Positions 21,646 through 31,897 of a stretch of 64,000 nucleotides of DNA are shown here, in pieces. The DNA is from a bacterium. Lineage in GTDB: Bacteria > UBA10199 > 2-02-FULL-50-16 > JAJFLM01. How positions within the stretch are numbered: the stretch's first letter is position 1; each line of letters opens with the position of its first letter. The stretch lies in NCBI GenBank assembly GCA_965216315.1, contig CBDCFN010000016.1:2304001-2368000 (forward strand), written 5' to 3'. The notes beneath the pieces are model-generated. The model worked only from the letters and a program-made list of their open reading frames with translations. It did no database searches and was not told the origin of the DNA. Both the position numbers and the translations under genes were made by a program.

Positions 21646-23058
21646 CTATATATCATAATACAGAGAAAACTCAAAAGGAACCGGACGCAGTTTCATCGGG
21701 TTCACTTCTTCATTTGTCTTGTAATCAATCCACATCTGGATCACGTCTTCGGTAAAGACATCACCCTTGAGCAAGAAGCCATGGTCTTCCTTGAGGGCTT
21801 CCAACGCTTCTTCAAGTGAGCCAGGTGTGCTCGGCACATTGGCCAACTCTTCAGGGGAGAGTGAATAGATGTCTTTATCCAACGGATCACCCGGATCAAT
21901 GCGGTTCTGAATTCCATCCAGGCCCGCCATCAACATGCAAGCAAAGGCCAGATAGCCGTTACAGGATGGATCCGGAAAGCGGCACTCAAGGCGCTTGGCC
22001 TTGGGTGAGTTGGAATACATGGGAATACGTATTGCCGCAGAACGGTTGCGACTTGAGTAGGCCAGATTAACCGGCGCTTCAAATCCAGGCACCAAACGAC
22101 GATAAGAATTAGTCGTCGCGTTACTGAAAGCACAGATTGAACGGGCATGTTTAAGAATGCCGCCCATATAATGGAGGGCCGTTTCCGACAAACCACCGTA
22201 CTTGTCACCGGCAAAAGTCGGGTCCCCACCCTTCCAAATGGATTGGTGGACGTGCATGCCGCTGCCATTATCTTCAAAAATCGGCTTCGGCATAAAAGTA
22301 ACGGTCTTATTGTGACGACGTGCTACGTTCTTGACGATATATTTAAACCACATCAGCTTGTCAGCCATTCGCGTCAATTCGTCAAAACGCATGTCGATCT
22401 CAGCCTGGCCGGCTGTTGCCACTTCATGATGTTGGCATTCAACATGAATCCCAATTCTTTCCATTTCCAAGACCATTTCAGAACGAATATCCTGAAAGCT
22501 GTCCGTAGGAGGCACTGGAAAATACCCTTCTTTGTAGCGAGGTTTATAACCAAGATTCGGATTTTCATCACGTCCGGTGTTCCAACGACCTTCCTTGGAA
22601 TCAACATAGTAAAAACCATGTTGTTGTGATTGGTCGAAACGAACATCATCAAAGATGAAAAATTCTGCTTCAGGACCAAAAAAGACTTTGTCACCGATAC
22701 CTGTTGACTTCAGATACTCTTCAGCCTTCTGAGCAACATTGCGAGGATCGCGCGTATACTTTTCTTTAGTGATCGGATCCATGATATTACAAATCAACGA
22801 CAACGTCGGAACTTGCATGAAAGGATCCATCATAGCCGTAGCGGGATCAGGCATCACCAGCATGTCAGATGCGTGAATTGCCTGCCATCCGCGAATAGAT
22901 GATCCATCGAATCCATAACCATCTTCAAACGAAGATTCATCTAACTCACTCATGGGGATCGTAAAATGCTGCCACACGCCAGGAAAGTCGATGAACTTCA
23001 GATCGACCATCTTGGCATTATTTTCTTTGGCATAGGCCAGTGCTTCTTTAGGCTTCAT
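21646..23058 (-). CDS. glnA: Glutamine synthetase type I
   Basis: [30 protein letters not shown]; adenylylation-site Tyr (DKDIY). Confidence 0.98.
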   Translation of the reverse strand: MKPKEALAYAKENNAKMVDLKFIDFPGVWQHFTIPMSELDESSFEDGYGFDGSSIRGWQAIHASDMLVMPDPATAMMDPFMQVPTLSLICNIMDPITKEKYTRDPRNVAQKAEEYLKSTGIGDKVFFGPEAEFFIFDDVRFDQSQQHGFYYVDSKEGRWNTGRDENPNLGYKPRYKEGYFPVPPTDSFQDIRSEMVLEMERIGIHVECQHHEVATAGQAEIDMRFDELTRMADKLMWFKYIVKNVARRHNKTVTFMPKPIFEDNGSGMHVHQSIWKGGDPTFAGDKYGGLSETALHYMGGILKHARSICAFSNATTNSYRRLVPGFEAPVNLAYSSRNRSAAIRIPMYSNSPKAKRLECRFPDPSCNGYLAFACMLMAGLDGIQNRIDPGDPLDKDIYSLSPEELANVPSTPGSLEEALEALKEDHGFLLKGDVFTEDVIQMWIDYKTNEEVNPMKLRPVPFEFSLYYDI

Positions 23059-23083
23059 TGCAAAACTCCTTCTCTAATATAGT

Positions 23084-23443
<360 letters not shown>

Positions 23444-23525
23444 CTATCGTCTTAGTCGATTCCGATAAGGCCTGTCTAGGGGGAAATTGGCTTAGGGAAA
23501 TGTTGTTAAATTACTAAAGCTTACC

Positions 23526-23559
23526 CTGTCAGTGCCGTCAAAAGAACGACACTGACAGG
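23526..23559. promoter_or_regulatory. Inverted repeat upstream of glnB (regulator site or terminator)
   Basis: CCTGTCAGTG...CACTGACAGG. Confidence 0.45.
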
Positions 23560-23610
23560 CGACAAAAATGTCATTGGCCGACAATTTTATGCGGTTACAG
23601 GGGCCCCACG

Positions 23611-24303
23611 TCAGGCCGATGGCCCGGATGAAACTGTAAAGGCGTCATAGTCACAGGCCGACGGGGCCCGGACCTTATCCGCATTGCCGTCGGTCAGGAT
23701 ACCAAAGCCGGTCGGACTCTTTTGGATCTCTTCACCAAAGTTGGCTTTGTAGTCCTCCGGAATATTAACGGACACGGTCTGCCAAGCCCCCGGATCCGCC
23801 GGAGGGCCGGAGTTCTTGATGATCATATGAAACTTATTGGGTTTCTTCCGAATCACCGTACCGACCGGAACGGAGGTCGACCAGGTATATTTCAAGGCCT
23901 TGCCGCTATACTTCCCAAAGACAATGTAGATCCCACAGGCCGAATCGTTGGTGTTCTTGAAGTCACGTTCGTCGGCACCCTTCGGCAACGTCCGTGCCCG
24001 CCATTTCCAACTGATCCAAGGATGCTTTTTAACATCCCACAGAAACTGACGCATCACCTGAACCGAGAGATTCTTGTCATCTTTAGCGCGCAAAAACTTA
24101 TTTCCGCCTTCTTCGGCAACAACGTACACTTCCTGGGCTTTGCCGCGTTGAAACGGATAGGTGCGCAAGCGCTTGGGAAACTTCCCTACTTTATAATCGG
24201 AAAATGATTCGATGACTCTGGAATCTGCATGCGTAGCATTCACACTGCTTGTGACAAAAAAACCGGCTGCAATAAACATGAGAAACAATTTTAATAGGCT
24301 CAT
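23611..24303 (-). CDS. Exported protein, DUF3047-like
   Basis: Signal peptide; WKWRA, LKYTWS, DY..FGE, GILTDGN. Confidence 0.75.
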   Translation of the reverse strand: MSLLKLFLMFIAAGFFVTSSVNATHADSRVIESFSDYKVGKFPKRLRTYPFQRGKAQEVYVVAEEGGNKFLRAKDDKNLSVQVMRQFLWDVKKHPWISWKWRARTLPKGADERDFKNTNDSACGIYIVFGKYSGKALKYTWSTSVPVGTVIRKKPNKFHMIIKNSGPPADPGAWQTVSVNIPEDYKANFGEEIQKSPTGFGILTDGNADKVRAPSACDYDAFTVSSGPSA

Positions 24304-25178
24304 AGCTGTACATTCTCCTTTATGAAATCTCGTAATCCCTCGCCGATATCTGGATGAGCGAGGCCATAGGCCAAACTAGCTGTCGCGTAACCCAATGGGT
24401 TGCCCGCATCATAATGTTCACCACTAAATTCATAACCAATCAAACCTTCGGCTTGCGCTAATTCTTGCAAGGCATCTGTCAATTGAATCTCGCCAACGGC
24501 TCCCGGCGTAAGGCGTTCTAACGAATCAAATATCTTTGATGGTAACAGATAACGGCCCACAATGGCTAGATCTGATGGAGCGTCGCTAATAGCCGGTTTT
24601 TCAACAACTGTTTTCACTTGATGCACCCTATCCTGCGTGGCCGTAACATCAACGATACCGTAACGCGTTACTTGTTCCGTTGGAACGCGACGAAGCGCGA
24701 CACAGGCCAATTTTTCCTTGTCCCATACGGACATCATCTGCTGCAAACAGGGGACTTCCGAGCGCACCAAATCATCGGGAAGCAGCACCGCAAAGGACTC
24801 ATCACCAACGGCCTCTCGTGCCATCAACACAGCATGTCCCAGGCCGAGTGCCTCTTCTTGAATCACTTCCGTCACTTTGATGCCTTGTTGAATTTGTTGG
24901 AGAACAGCCAACAGGTCGGCCTGACCCTTCTTTTCGAGGTGCCTCATTAAATCAGTGTCCGGCTCAAAGTAATCCATCAAGGCATACTTGCGGGGGCTGA
25001 CGACTAAGATCACCTCCTCGATCCCGGAAGCCACAACTTCATCGATATTCAACTGGAGCAACGGACGGTCCACAATTGGGAACAGCTCTTTGGGCGTCAC
25101 TTTAGAGGCCGGCAAAAAGCGGGTACCCAGACCTGCAGCCGGGATGACGACCTTACGTATCGAAGATGCTTTTGTCAT
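24300..25178 (-). CDS. galU: UTP-glucose-1-phosphate uridylyltransferase
   Basis: VIPAAGLGTRFLP, GLGHAV, VEKP, GEIQLTDAL. Confidence 0.95.
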   Translation of the reverse strand: MTKASSIRKVVIPAAGLGTRFLPASKVTPKELFPIVDRPLLQLNIDEVVASGIEEVILVVSPRKYALMDYFEPDTDLMRHLEKKGQADLLAVLQQIQQGIKVTEVIQEEALGLGHAVLMAREAVGDESFAVLLPDDLVRSEVPCLQQMMSVWDKEKLACVALRRVPTEQVTRYGIVDVTATQDRVHQVKTVVEKPAISDAPSDLAIVGRYLLPSKIFDSLERLTPGAVGEIQLTDALQELAQAEGLIGYEFSGEHYDAGNPLGYATASLAYGLAHPDIGEGLRDFIKENVQL

Positions 25179-25180
25179 GA

Positions 25181-26278
25181 TTAGGGTTTTGCAACGACCT
25201 TTAAAGGAGTGACATTAACCGGTGGCGTACGACTTTTACTAACAGCTACTTTATCGTGTTCTTTGAGCCAACTCAATATTTGCGGATAGACTTCCTTGGG
25301 CGCATTAATTCCGAGCACGAGATCCAAATGGCCATAATCACTTTTGTATCCGAACTCTTTGCCGAACACGATGAATTTTTTCTTACGTGATTTCACGCGA
25401 TCATAACCATAATAAACATCGGGAAGCGGTGTCAGCCCATCCACGGAACCGGCCAACACCATCCAAGGGGCCTTAATGGAATGCAAACTATGATGATAGC
25501 TAAAGCGTCTATCTAGGGTATCAAAGTGATTTTCTTGATACCAACGATGGAGCTGCAAAAAAAGTGGTACGGAAATATTTTCGACCGCAACGCGAGAAGC
25601 AATACGAAGCGTCTTCTTATCAATATTATCGAGACAGTAATAAAAATTATCCAGTAATGGCGCCGCTAAGCCAACCGCGGGAAAAGCCAGCGATGAAAGA
25701 TATTTGCCGGGAATAACCGGGACCCATTTCAATAAGCGATCCTCAATCTTGATCAGCAGTTGAGCAAAACCAGGCTTGGCATGGGCGTTCATCGCCGAAG
25801 CGATGGCAACAGCACTGCGGCAGATCTTATTTCCCATCGTCTGCACCACTGCATAGATTAAGGCTCCCCCCAAACTGTGCCCTACCCAATGAAAAGATTT
25901 GTGGCCGGTTTCTTTTTTGATGTGATCAATAAACTTCGGAATATCCGTAAAGACGTGGTCATCAAAGGTCCAATCCGGACGGATCAACGATTGCACCCGC
26001 TTCATCGGCGAGAGGGCCTGGCTCTTGCCTGCCCCGCGCAGTTCTAAAATCCAGACATCAAAGCCCCTGCGATAGAGGTATTTCGCCAACGAAATATTCT
26101 CGTCAGGAAAGTCGACGTCATAGCGATTCGTCCCCAGCCCGTGGATGAGCAACACCGGTGCCCGTTGGGTCTTGCGCCCATAGCGGTAGGCCGCAAGACG
26201 CCACCCATCTTGGGTCTCAATGAAATATTCGATCGGTTCGAGCCTTCGCTTGGCCATACTACTCCACAAATTCTCCAT
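25181..26278 (-). CDS. Alpha/beta hydrolase (lipase/PhaC-like fold)
   Basis: HGLG, GHSLGG nucleophile elbow, D(GLTP), YGHLDL. Confidence 0.85.
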   Translation of the reverse strand: MENLWSSMAKRRLEPIEYFIETQDGWRLAAYRYGRKTQRAPVLLIHGLGTNRYDVDFPDENISLAKYLYRRGFDVWILELRGAGKSQALSPMKRVQSLIRPDWTFDDHVFTDIPKFIDHIKKETGHKSFHWVGHSLGGALIYAVVQTMGNKICRSAVAIASAMNAHAKPGFAQLLIKIEDRLLKWVPVIPGKYLSSLAFPAVGLAAPLLDNFYYCLDNIDKKTLRIASRVAVENISVPLFLQLHRWYQENHFDTLDRRFSYHHSLHSIKAPWMVLAGSVDGLTPLPDVYYGYDRVKSRKKKFIVFGKEFGYKSDYGHLDLVLGINAPKEVYPQILSWLKEHDKVAVSKSRTPPVNVTPLKVVAKP

Positions 26279-26471
26279 TATTATTACGAATTTGTTTCGC
26301 GCCGCAGGAGAACATCTGACTTGAGCATAGAGGGAAAATAGGGGTCCTGTCTAGGGGATTAGCAAAGACGCCGAGAGTACTTAATGAACTGAAATAATTG
26401 CTTTTTTCAGCTGATGTGGCTCTATAAGCCAAATCACGCAAACCACATGAATGAACCCAGAGGAGCCAATC

Positions 26472-26696
26472 ATGACTGAAAAAGCCGAACGCGATATCGA
26501 AAAAGGCTATAGCACGTCCGAATTTGTCGCTAAATTACGCCGCTTAGCGGACTCGCTTGAAAATGGTGAGAAATTTGAGATCCAGATCGCCAATGAACGG
26601 ATCTACATCCCCGTGCGCGCCGAATTTAATATTGAGCACGAGCGTGAAGGCGATGAGGAAGAGATCGAGTTTCAGATCAAATGGAAGAACGATTGA
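26472..26696 (+). CDS. Amphi-Trp domain protein
   Basis: KLRRLADSLENG...EEIEFQIKW; AGGAG SD. Confidence 0.8.
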   Translation: MTEKAERDIEKGYSTSEFVAKLRRLADSLENGEKFEIQIANERIYIPVRAEFNIEHEREGDEEEIEFQIKWKND

Positions 26697-26711
26697 TTAT
26701 TTCCTTGCTAT

Positions 26712-26727
26712 TTGAACGATCGTTCAA
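26712..26727. promoter_or_regulatory. SOS-box-like operator GAAC-N4-GTTC in promoter spacer
   Basis: TTGAACGATCGTTCAA between TTGCTA (26705) and TAGACT (26728), 17-nt spacing. Confidence 0.75.
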
Positions 26728-26740
26728 TAGACTCTTTTGA

Positions 26741-27328
26741 GTGCCAACTCGAAACCCTAATAGCCTCGAATCTACCATGACGCCCCTGAGACGCTTCTAT
26801 CGCGTCCAGGGGCGCATGCCTAGCTACGAGGAGATGAAGGAGCTGTATGGCTATGCCTCCAAGAATGCCGCTTATTACCTGGCGAATAAGCTGATCGAGG
26901 CGGGATATATTATTAAAGATGCTACCGGACGCTTGTTGCCAGCGGGGAAGCACTTTGGTCTGCCTGTCCTAGGCTATGTGCAGGCCGGCTTCCCCAGCCC
27001 GGCGGAAGAGGAACTCATCGATACCCTGAGCCTGGACGAGTACCTGATCGAGAGCCCGGAGATGAGCTTTATGCTCAAGGTCACGGGAGACTCGATGATT
27101 GAGGCGGGGATCCATCCGGAAGACCTCGTCATCGTCGAACGAGGCCAACAACCGAAGAACGGCAACATCGTCTTGGCTCAAGTGGATGGGGAATGGACTC
27201 TCAAGTATTATCAAAAAAAGAAGAACCAACTCTTCCTCGTCCCCGCCAATCATAAGTATCCGATTATCCGACCCGAACGCGAATTGAGGGTCGAGGGAAT
27301 TATTCGCGCCGTTATTCGAAAATATTGA
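26741..27328 (+). CDS. LexA-like repressor with UmuD-like S24 domain
   Basis: N-terminal PSYEEM...LIEAGYI wHTH; AGFPSP cleavage site, GDSM Ser, TLK Lys. Confidence 0.88.
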   Translation: MPTRNPNSLESTMTPLRRFYRVQGRMPSYEEMKELYGYASKNAAYYLANKLIEAGYIIKDATGRLLPAGKHFGLPVLGYVQAGFPSPAEEELIDTLSLDEYLIESPEMSFMLKVTGDSMIEAGIHPEDLVIVERGQQPKNGNIVLAQVDGEWTLKYYQKKKNQLFLVPANHKYPIIRPERELRVEGIIRAVIRKY

Positions 27329-27350
27329 CCACAATTGATTTATAAGTGGA

Positions 27351-27430
27351 CGCCGGGTGGTTCGAGCTGCCTTCGGACCGTCTGCGTTTTGAGACGCAGC
27401 CGAAGGTCTGCGAAGAATCAGGACCCGGCG
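27351..27430. repeat. Intergenic copy of the palindromic element found in priA
   Basis: CGCCGGGT...CCTTCGGACCGTC...GACGCAGCCGAAGG...CAGGACCCGGCG. Confidence 0.8.
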
Positions 27431-27443
27431 CAATTGAAATAAA

Positions 27444-28745
27444 ATGAACCCGATCACAATTCGTTCTTGGCCCAGTGCGATCGCGCACGTGGATGCCGAT
27501 GCCTTTTTTGCAAGCGTGGAACAGGCCCTCCATCCCGAATACCGTGGTAAACCCATCATTACCGGCGCTGAACGTGGCATTGTCGCGTGTGCCAGTTACG
27601 AGGCCAAGGCCCTCGGCATCCGACGGGCCGTGAGCCTCAAAGAAGCCAAGGCCATCTGCCCGCAGCTTATTATCGTCCCTAGCGACTATGAGACTTACAG
27701 TCTGTTTTCCAAACGCATCTTCGCAATTCTCCGCCGTTTCTCTCCCCAGGTCGAAGAGTACTCCATCGACGAAGCCTTCGTAGACCTCAAAGGACTGCGC
27801 CGCGTCCATCATTGCTCTTACCCTCAGATTGCTGAAAAGATGAAAACCGCGATTGAGAGTGAGCTGGGCATTACCGTCTCGGTAGGTCTCAGCCTTTCCA
27901 AGAGCTTAGCAAAACTCTGTTCTAAACGAGATAAACCCGATGGTTTTACGGCAATCCCGGGTCGAGAGATCCACCAACTCTTACAAACCACACCACTCCA
28001 AGAGGTTTGGGGCTTCGGACCTAACACCACGGCCCTGCTCCAAAAAAACGGGCTCCGTAGCGCTTGGGATTATCTACAGTTGCCGATTGATTTTATTAAG
28101 AAGCGTCTCGGCAAAGTGGGATTGGAACTCTACTATGAACTCAGAGGCGAATCACTTTACAAAGTCGACCGCGTCCTCAAATCGACTTATGCGAGTATTT
28201 CCAAATTCAAAACCTTTGCCCCGGCTTCACGTGACCGATCGATGGTTTATGCTCGGGCCTTACGTAACCTCGAATCCGCTTGTATCAAGGCCCGCCGCTA
28301 TCAACTCCAGACCAAGCGACTTGTCTTGATATTGCGTGCCCAGGACTTTTCCAGTCGTGCGCAAGAAGTCCGGCTCTCTCGACCTAGCGCCTATCCACTC
28401 GAACTTCAAACCGCACTCCAACAACTCTTTGCTAATCTGTTTGAGCCCAGACAACTCTACCGCGCCACCGGCATAGTCCTCACTCACCTGACCACCACTG
28501 ACGGCCAACAATTTGATCTCTTCGAAGATCCCGTTCGTGTCATCAAAATCAGCCAGCTTTATGAGTCGATTGACGAGATCAATGCGCGCTATGGCAAACA
28601 CACAGTGTTTTTAGGGAATGAAGTGGTGATTCGCGGCGCTCATTCCGGCCGCCGCGGCAAAGCCCCCACGCGCCAAAAGAATTTACTCAAAGGAGAAACG
28701 GGGCGACAAAGAATTGGAATTCCTCGACTGGAATATAAAATCTAG
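27444..28745 (+). CDS. Y-family DNA polymerase (DinB/UmuC-like)
   Basis: HVDADAFFASVE, SYEA, YSIDEAF, QFDLF clamp-binding motif. Confidence 0.92.
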   Translation: MNPITIRSWPSAIAHVDADAFFASVEQALHPEYRGKPIITGAERGIVACASYEAKALGIRRAVSLKEAKAICPQLIIVPSDYETYSLFSKRIFAILRRFSPQVEEYSIDEAFVDLKGLRRVHHCSYPQIAEKMKTAIESELGITVSVGLSLSKSLAKLCSKRDKPDGFTAIPGREIHQLLQTTPLQEVWGFGPNTTALLQKNGLRSAWDYLQLPIDFIKKRLGKVGLELYYELRGESLYKVDRVLKSTYASISKFKTFAPASRDRSMVYARALRNLESACIKARRYQLQTKRLVLILRAQDFSSRAQEVRLSRPSAYPLELQTALQQLFANLFEPRQLYRATGIVLTHLTTTDGQQFDLFEDPVRVIKISQLYESIDEINARYGKHTVFLGNEVVIRGAHSGRRGKAPTRQKNLLKGETGRQRIGIPRLEYKI

Positions 28746-29545
28746 GCATTGAGCCGATAGAGAATAAAAGTAATATCATCGGGCTTCGATGGCTTGCCGT
28801 TTTTCGGAGCCTGCATCCGCTGTTGCGCTTCAGCAACTAGATCCGACATAATACATTCAAGCTTGCCCTTGCGAATACGCTCGATCAATTCATCATTGGT
28901 GAAATTATCCGCGAGTCCATCCGAACAGACCAGTACCGTATCACGAGAGCGCAAACGACGCGGCATCCCGACCTCAATGTGCAAATCACTCGCCCCGATC
29001 ACGTTCGACACGATGTGCAAGTCATCATGAGCCAAGGCTTCCTTTTCATTCAAAACTCCCGCCTCGACCGCATAACCGACCGGCGAATGGGAAATACTCT
29101 GAGAGCGCACCTTACCTCGCTGCCCCACCGCCACGATGTGAGAATCCCCGACATGATAGTTTCGAATTAAGTCGCCCATGACACCAACGACGGAAAGAGT
29201 CGTTGCAGCCCCTGTCCCAAGATTGCGGACGGCTTTATTGGCTGCTTCAAATCCATTGAGCACATAAGGGCGCCAGGTCTTCGCCTCCAGATCAACCGTT
29301 TCAAGAGCTTTTTGTAATTTGGTAACCGCCAGCGCCGCCGCTTTGGCTCCACCGCGATGCCCACCTAAACCATCCGCGACGGCCAACACCACGCCTTTTC
29401 TTCCGATAGGAATAATCGCGGCAGCATCTTCGTTAGGGCCTTCTTTATCAGGTGCGCGTGCACTGAAAACTCCGACGACTCCCCAATCCAATAAACATAT
29501 CTCTCCGGCTTCCATCGTCGCTTCGAGATATGTTTTTACTCCCAT
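28742..29545 (-). CDS. PP2C-family Ser/Thr phosphatase
   Basis: NEDA, VADGLGG, VGDS, CSDGL, DDIT. Confidence 0.9.
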   Translation of the reverse strand: MGVKTYLEATMEAGEICLLDWGVVGVFSARAPDKEGPNEDAAAIIPIGRKGVVLAVADGLGGHRGGAKAAALAVTKLQKALETVDLEAKTWRPYVLNGFEAANKAVRNLGTGAATTLSVVGVMGDLIRNYHVGDSHIVAVGQRGKVRSQSISHSPVGYAVEAGVLNEKEALAHDDLHIVSNVIGASDLHIEVGMPRRLRSRDTVLVCSDGLADNFTNDELIERIRKGKLECIMSDLVAEAQQRMQAPKNGKPSKPDDITFILYRLNA

Positions 29546-30270
29546 TCCAGGCTCTCCAGATACTGCCGCAATTGACCTGCCGTCTTAAATTTTTTAAGGA
29601 TCATGGACCGCTTCAATCCACAACAAATGTCCTTCACCACCGCAGGCTGTTTCGCATAACGCTTGGCTCCCCCAATGATATCGTAAAAGAGCCGGATCAT
29701 ATCACAGACATCATCTTTAATATTTTGCGGCCTAGGGGCCTTCCAATGGAAAAGATCGATCAACTTCAGGTCAAATCCCAACCCATACCGTTGCACAATA
29801 ATATTATCGGTATGAAGATCCCCGTGATACTCATTGAGGGCATGAATCTCTTCCATCCCGGTAGCCAGGTCATGCAATAAACAGAGTGCTTCAAAGAAAT
29901 TAAAGCGTTTGCCCGCCTGTCGTTTTAAAAACTCACTGAGCAACTCACCTTCTACAAATTCCGATACTAGGAAAGTAACCGGCACCTTGCGGAACTGAAT
30001 CGTTTCCTGCGTATGATAATGCATGACTATAGGACAATGTCTCAGCTTATAGAGTTTTTTGGCATGAAACTTCACCATACGGTTTTGTAGATTTCTATGA
30101 GGGAAAAAGAACTTGCCCGCCTTTTCAATACCGGTTTTGAGCTCTCTCAGCAGATAGACCTCACCTTCCCAGCCTGAGCCAATCCGTTCTAGGACTTCAT
30201 ACTTACGGACAAGGATACGGCCTGCGTTAAAACCAAATGAGGTGACTCTTTTAGATGATTGGACTGCCAT
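29536..30270 (-). CDS. Small Hanks-type protein kinase
   Basis: GSGWEGEVY, AGKFF, HGDLHTDN, IDLF. Confidence 0.85.
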   Translation of the reverse strand: MAVQSSKRVTSFGFNAGRILVRKYEVLERIGSGWEGEVYLLRELKTGIEKAGKFFFPHRNLQNRMVKFHAKKLYKLRHCPIVMHYHTQETIQFRKVPVTFLVSEFVEGELLSEFLKRQAGKRFNFFEALCLLHDLATGMEEIHALNEYHGDLHTDNIIVQRYGLGFDLKLIDLFHWKAPRPQNIKDDVCDMIRLFYDIIGGAKRYAKQPAVVKDICCGLKRSMILKKFKTAGQLRQYLESLEWE

Positions 30271-30377
30271 TGTAACTCATCAAGAATATCGTGCTCAATA
30301 AATCAATTTCTGCCTTTTTAAAAGATTTTTTCGTGTCACTTGACGATTTTAAACCATATCATTATTTATTCCCCGCC

Positions 30378-30647
30378 ATGCCTATCTACGAATACATCTG
30401 CCAAAAATGTGGCCAGGAGATTGAGGCCATCCAAAAGGTCTCAGAAGCACCGCTGACTCAACATGACGACTGTGGCGGCAAACTCGAAAAAAAACTCTCT
30501 CTCTCCGCTTTTCATCTCAAGGGGGGTGGCTGGTACGCAGATGGCTATAGCCAAAAGAGCAGCAAACCTGATAAAAAAGAACCTAAAACGAGCTCAGACG
30601 ATAAAAAAACAACGTCAAAGAAAAAAGAAAAGACGCCGTCATCGTAG
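30378..30647 (+). CDS. FmdB-family zinc-ribbon protein
   Basis: MPIYEYICQKCG...FHLKGGGWY. Confidence 0.88.
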   Translation: MPIYEYICQKCGQEIEAIQKVSEAPLTQHDDCGGKLEKKLSLSAFHLKGGGWYADGYSQKSSKPDKKEPKTSSDDKKTTSKKKEKTPSS

Positions 30648-30703
30648 CATGCAGTGGCTGAACCCGTTATTTTGCCTTACAATAAGCGTAGGAACCTTAA
30701 GAA

Positions 30704-31897
30704 ATGAAAGCATTAATACTTGCGCTTAGCCTACTGAATTCTATCTTTATACTTGCTTGTTCTTCATCATCTGATGATGTCGAACACCGCGCTGTCAAAT
30801 GGGTTCTTTCCCGACCCGTCAGTTTTGACCTCAGAATCCCCCCCCAGATTTTCAAGGGTCAATTGCCGAGCGATCCTGAGCTGGCCGAATGTCATACGCA
30901 AGGCATGGAAATCGTCAATGAAAATGTCATTATCAGCTGTAGTCTGTACAATTCCCGCCAAAAAATTCGCCGGAGCTATGCGGCCGAAAGCCTACTCCTC
31001 AAAGCTCCATTAAAAGACATTACTAACACAGCCCAGAAACATCACATCGCCTGGTCAATGAAGAAAATCACTGAGACCGTTCCCGCTGCCGAACAAAAAC
31101 GAATTACTGATTCAATGATTCGCAATATTCCAAGCACCCTCGGCACTTTCATGAATTGGTTTTTGCCTTTAGATGATATTGAGCACGTCATGGGACATCC
31201 GTCGGGCCTTGCTTATGACCAGAAAGCCGGCGGGCTCTGGGTCGCAAACGCCGTCTATGGATGGGATTCTTATACTCATCTACTCCTCTTAGACCCAGAC
31301 ACGCTTGAACCTATTCCCAAGCACCAACCACTCGCCGTTCACGATCACCTTGGTTTTGTTGCGACGACAGCAGGCCCTTTTCTCTGGTCTTTCAACTGGG
31401 GAAAAGAACCGCGTATGATTATTATTGATCCAAGCACGGGAAAGACACGGTGGCGACCGCGCCCTGTTCCTAATAATATCGCGTATCAGGACTGCGACAA
31501 CCTTGATGAGCATACTATACTATGCGCAGGAGGCATGAAACTGCCTAATAGTTGGTACCCGCAACGGGATGGTGTCCTCCACATGCTGAGTGTAAGCGGT
31601 AATGAACTTGATTATTTAAAAGTCTATCACACCGAAACACTTGTATGGAGACCTAAATTCGCAGAGAAGGTATCATCAAAATTCGGCTCAAGAAGCTTTG
31701 TCAGTGTAGAAACAATCGGTGACATCGAAATGGATGAATCTAATTACTACGGGGATTACACGACACCACTACCACTCACCAATGCCGGTATGGCTGTCGG
31801 CCCAAACAAGAAATATATCTATTTCCTGCCTGATGATCTGCCCCATGCACGGTTGATAAGATTTGAGCTGAGTAAGGTTCCTGCCGGTAAGGACTAG
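30704..31897 (+). CDS. Lipoprotein, probable beta-propeller
   Basis: ILAC lipobox; [21 protein letters not shown] motifs. Confidence 0.65.
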   Translation: MKALILALSLLNSIFILACSSSSDDVEHRAVKWVLSRPVSFDLRIPPQIFKGQLPSDPELAECHTQGMEIVNENVIISCSLYNSRQKIRRSYAAESLLLKAPLKDITNTAQKHHIAWSMKKITETVPAAEQKRITDSMIRNIPSTLGTFMNWFLPLDDIEHVMGHPSGLAYDQKAGGLWVANAVYGWDSYTHLLLLDPDTLEPIPKHQPLAVHDHLGFVATTAGPFLWSFNWGKEPRMIIIDPSTGKTRWRPRPVPNNIAYQDCDNLDEHTILCAGGMKLPNSWYPQRDGVLHMLSVSGNELDYLKVYHTETLVWRPKFAEKVSSKFGSRSFVSVETIGDIEMDESNYYGDYTTPLPLTNAGMAVGPNKKYIYFLPDDLPHARLIRFELSKVPAGKD

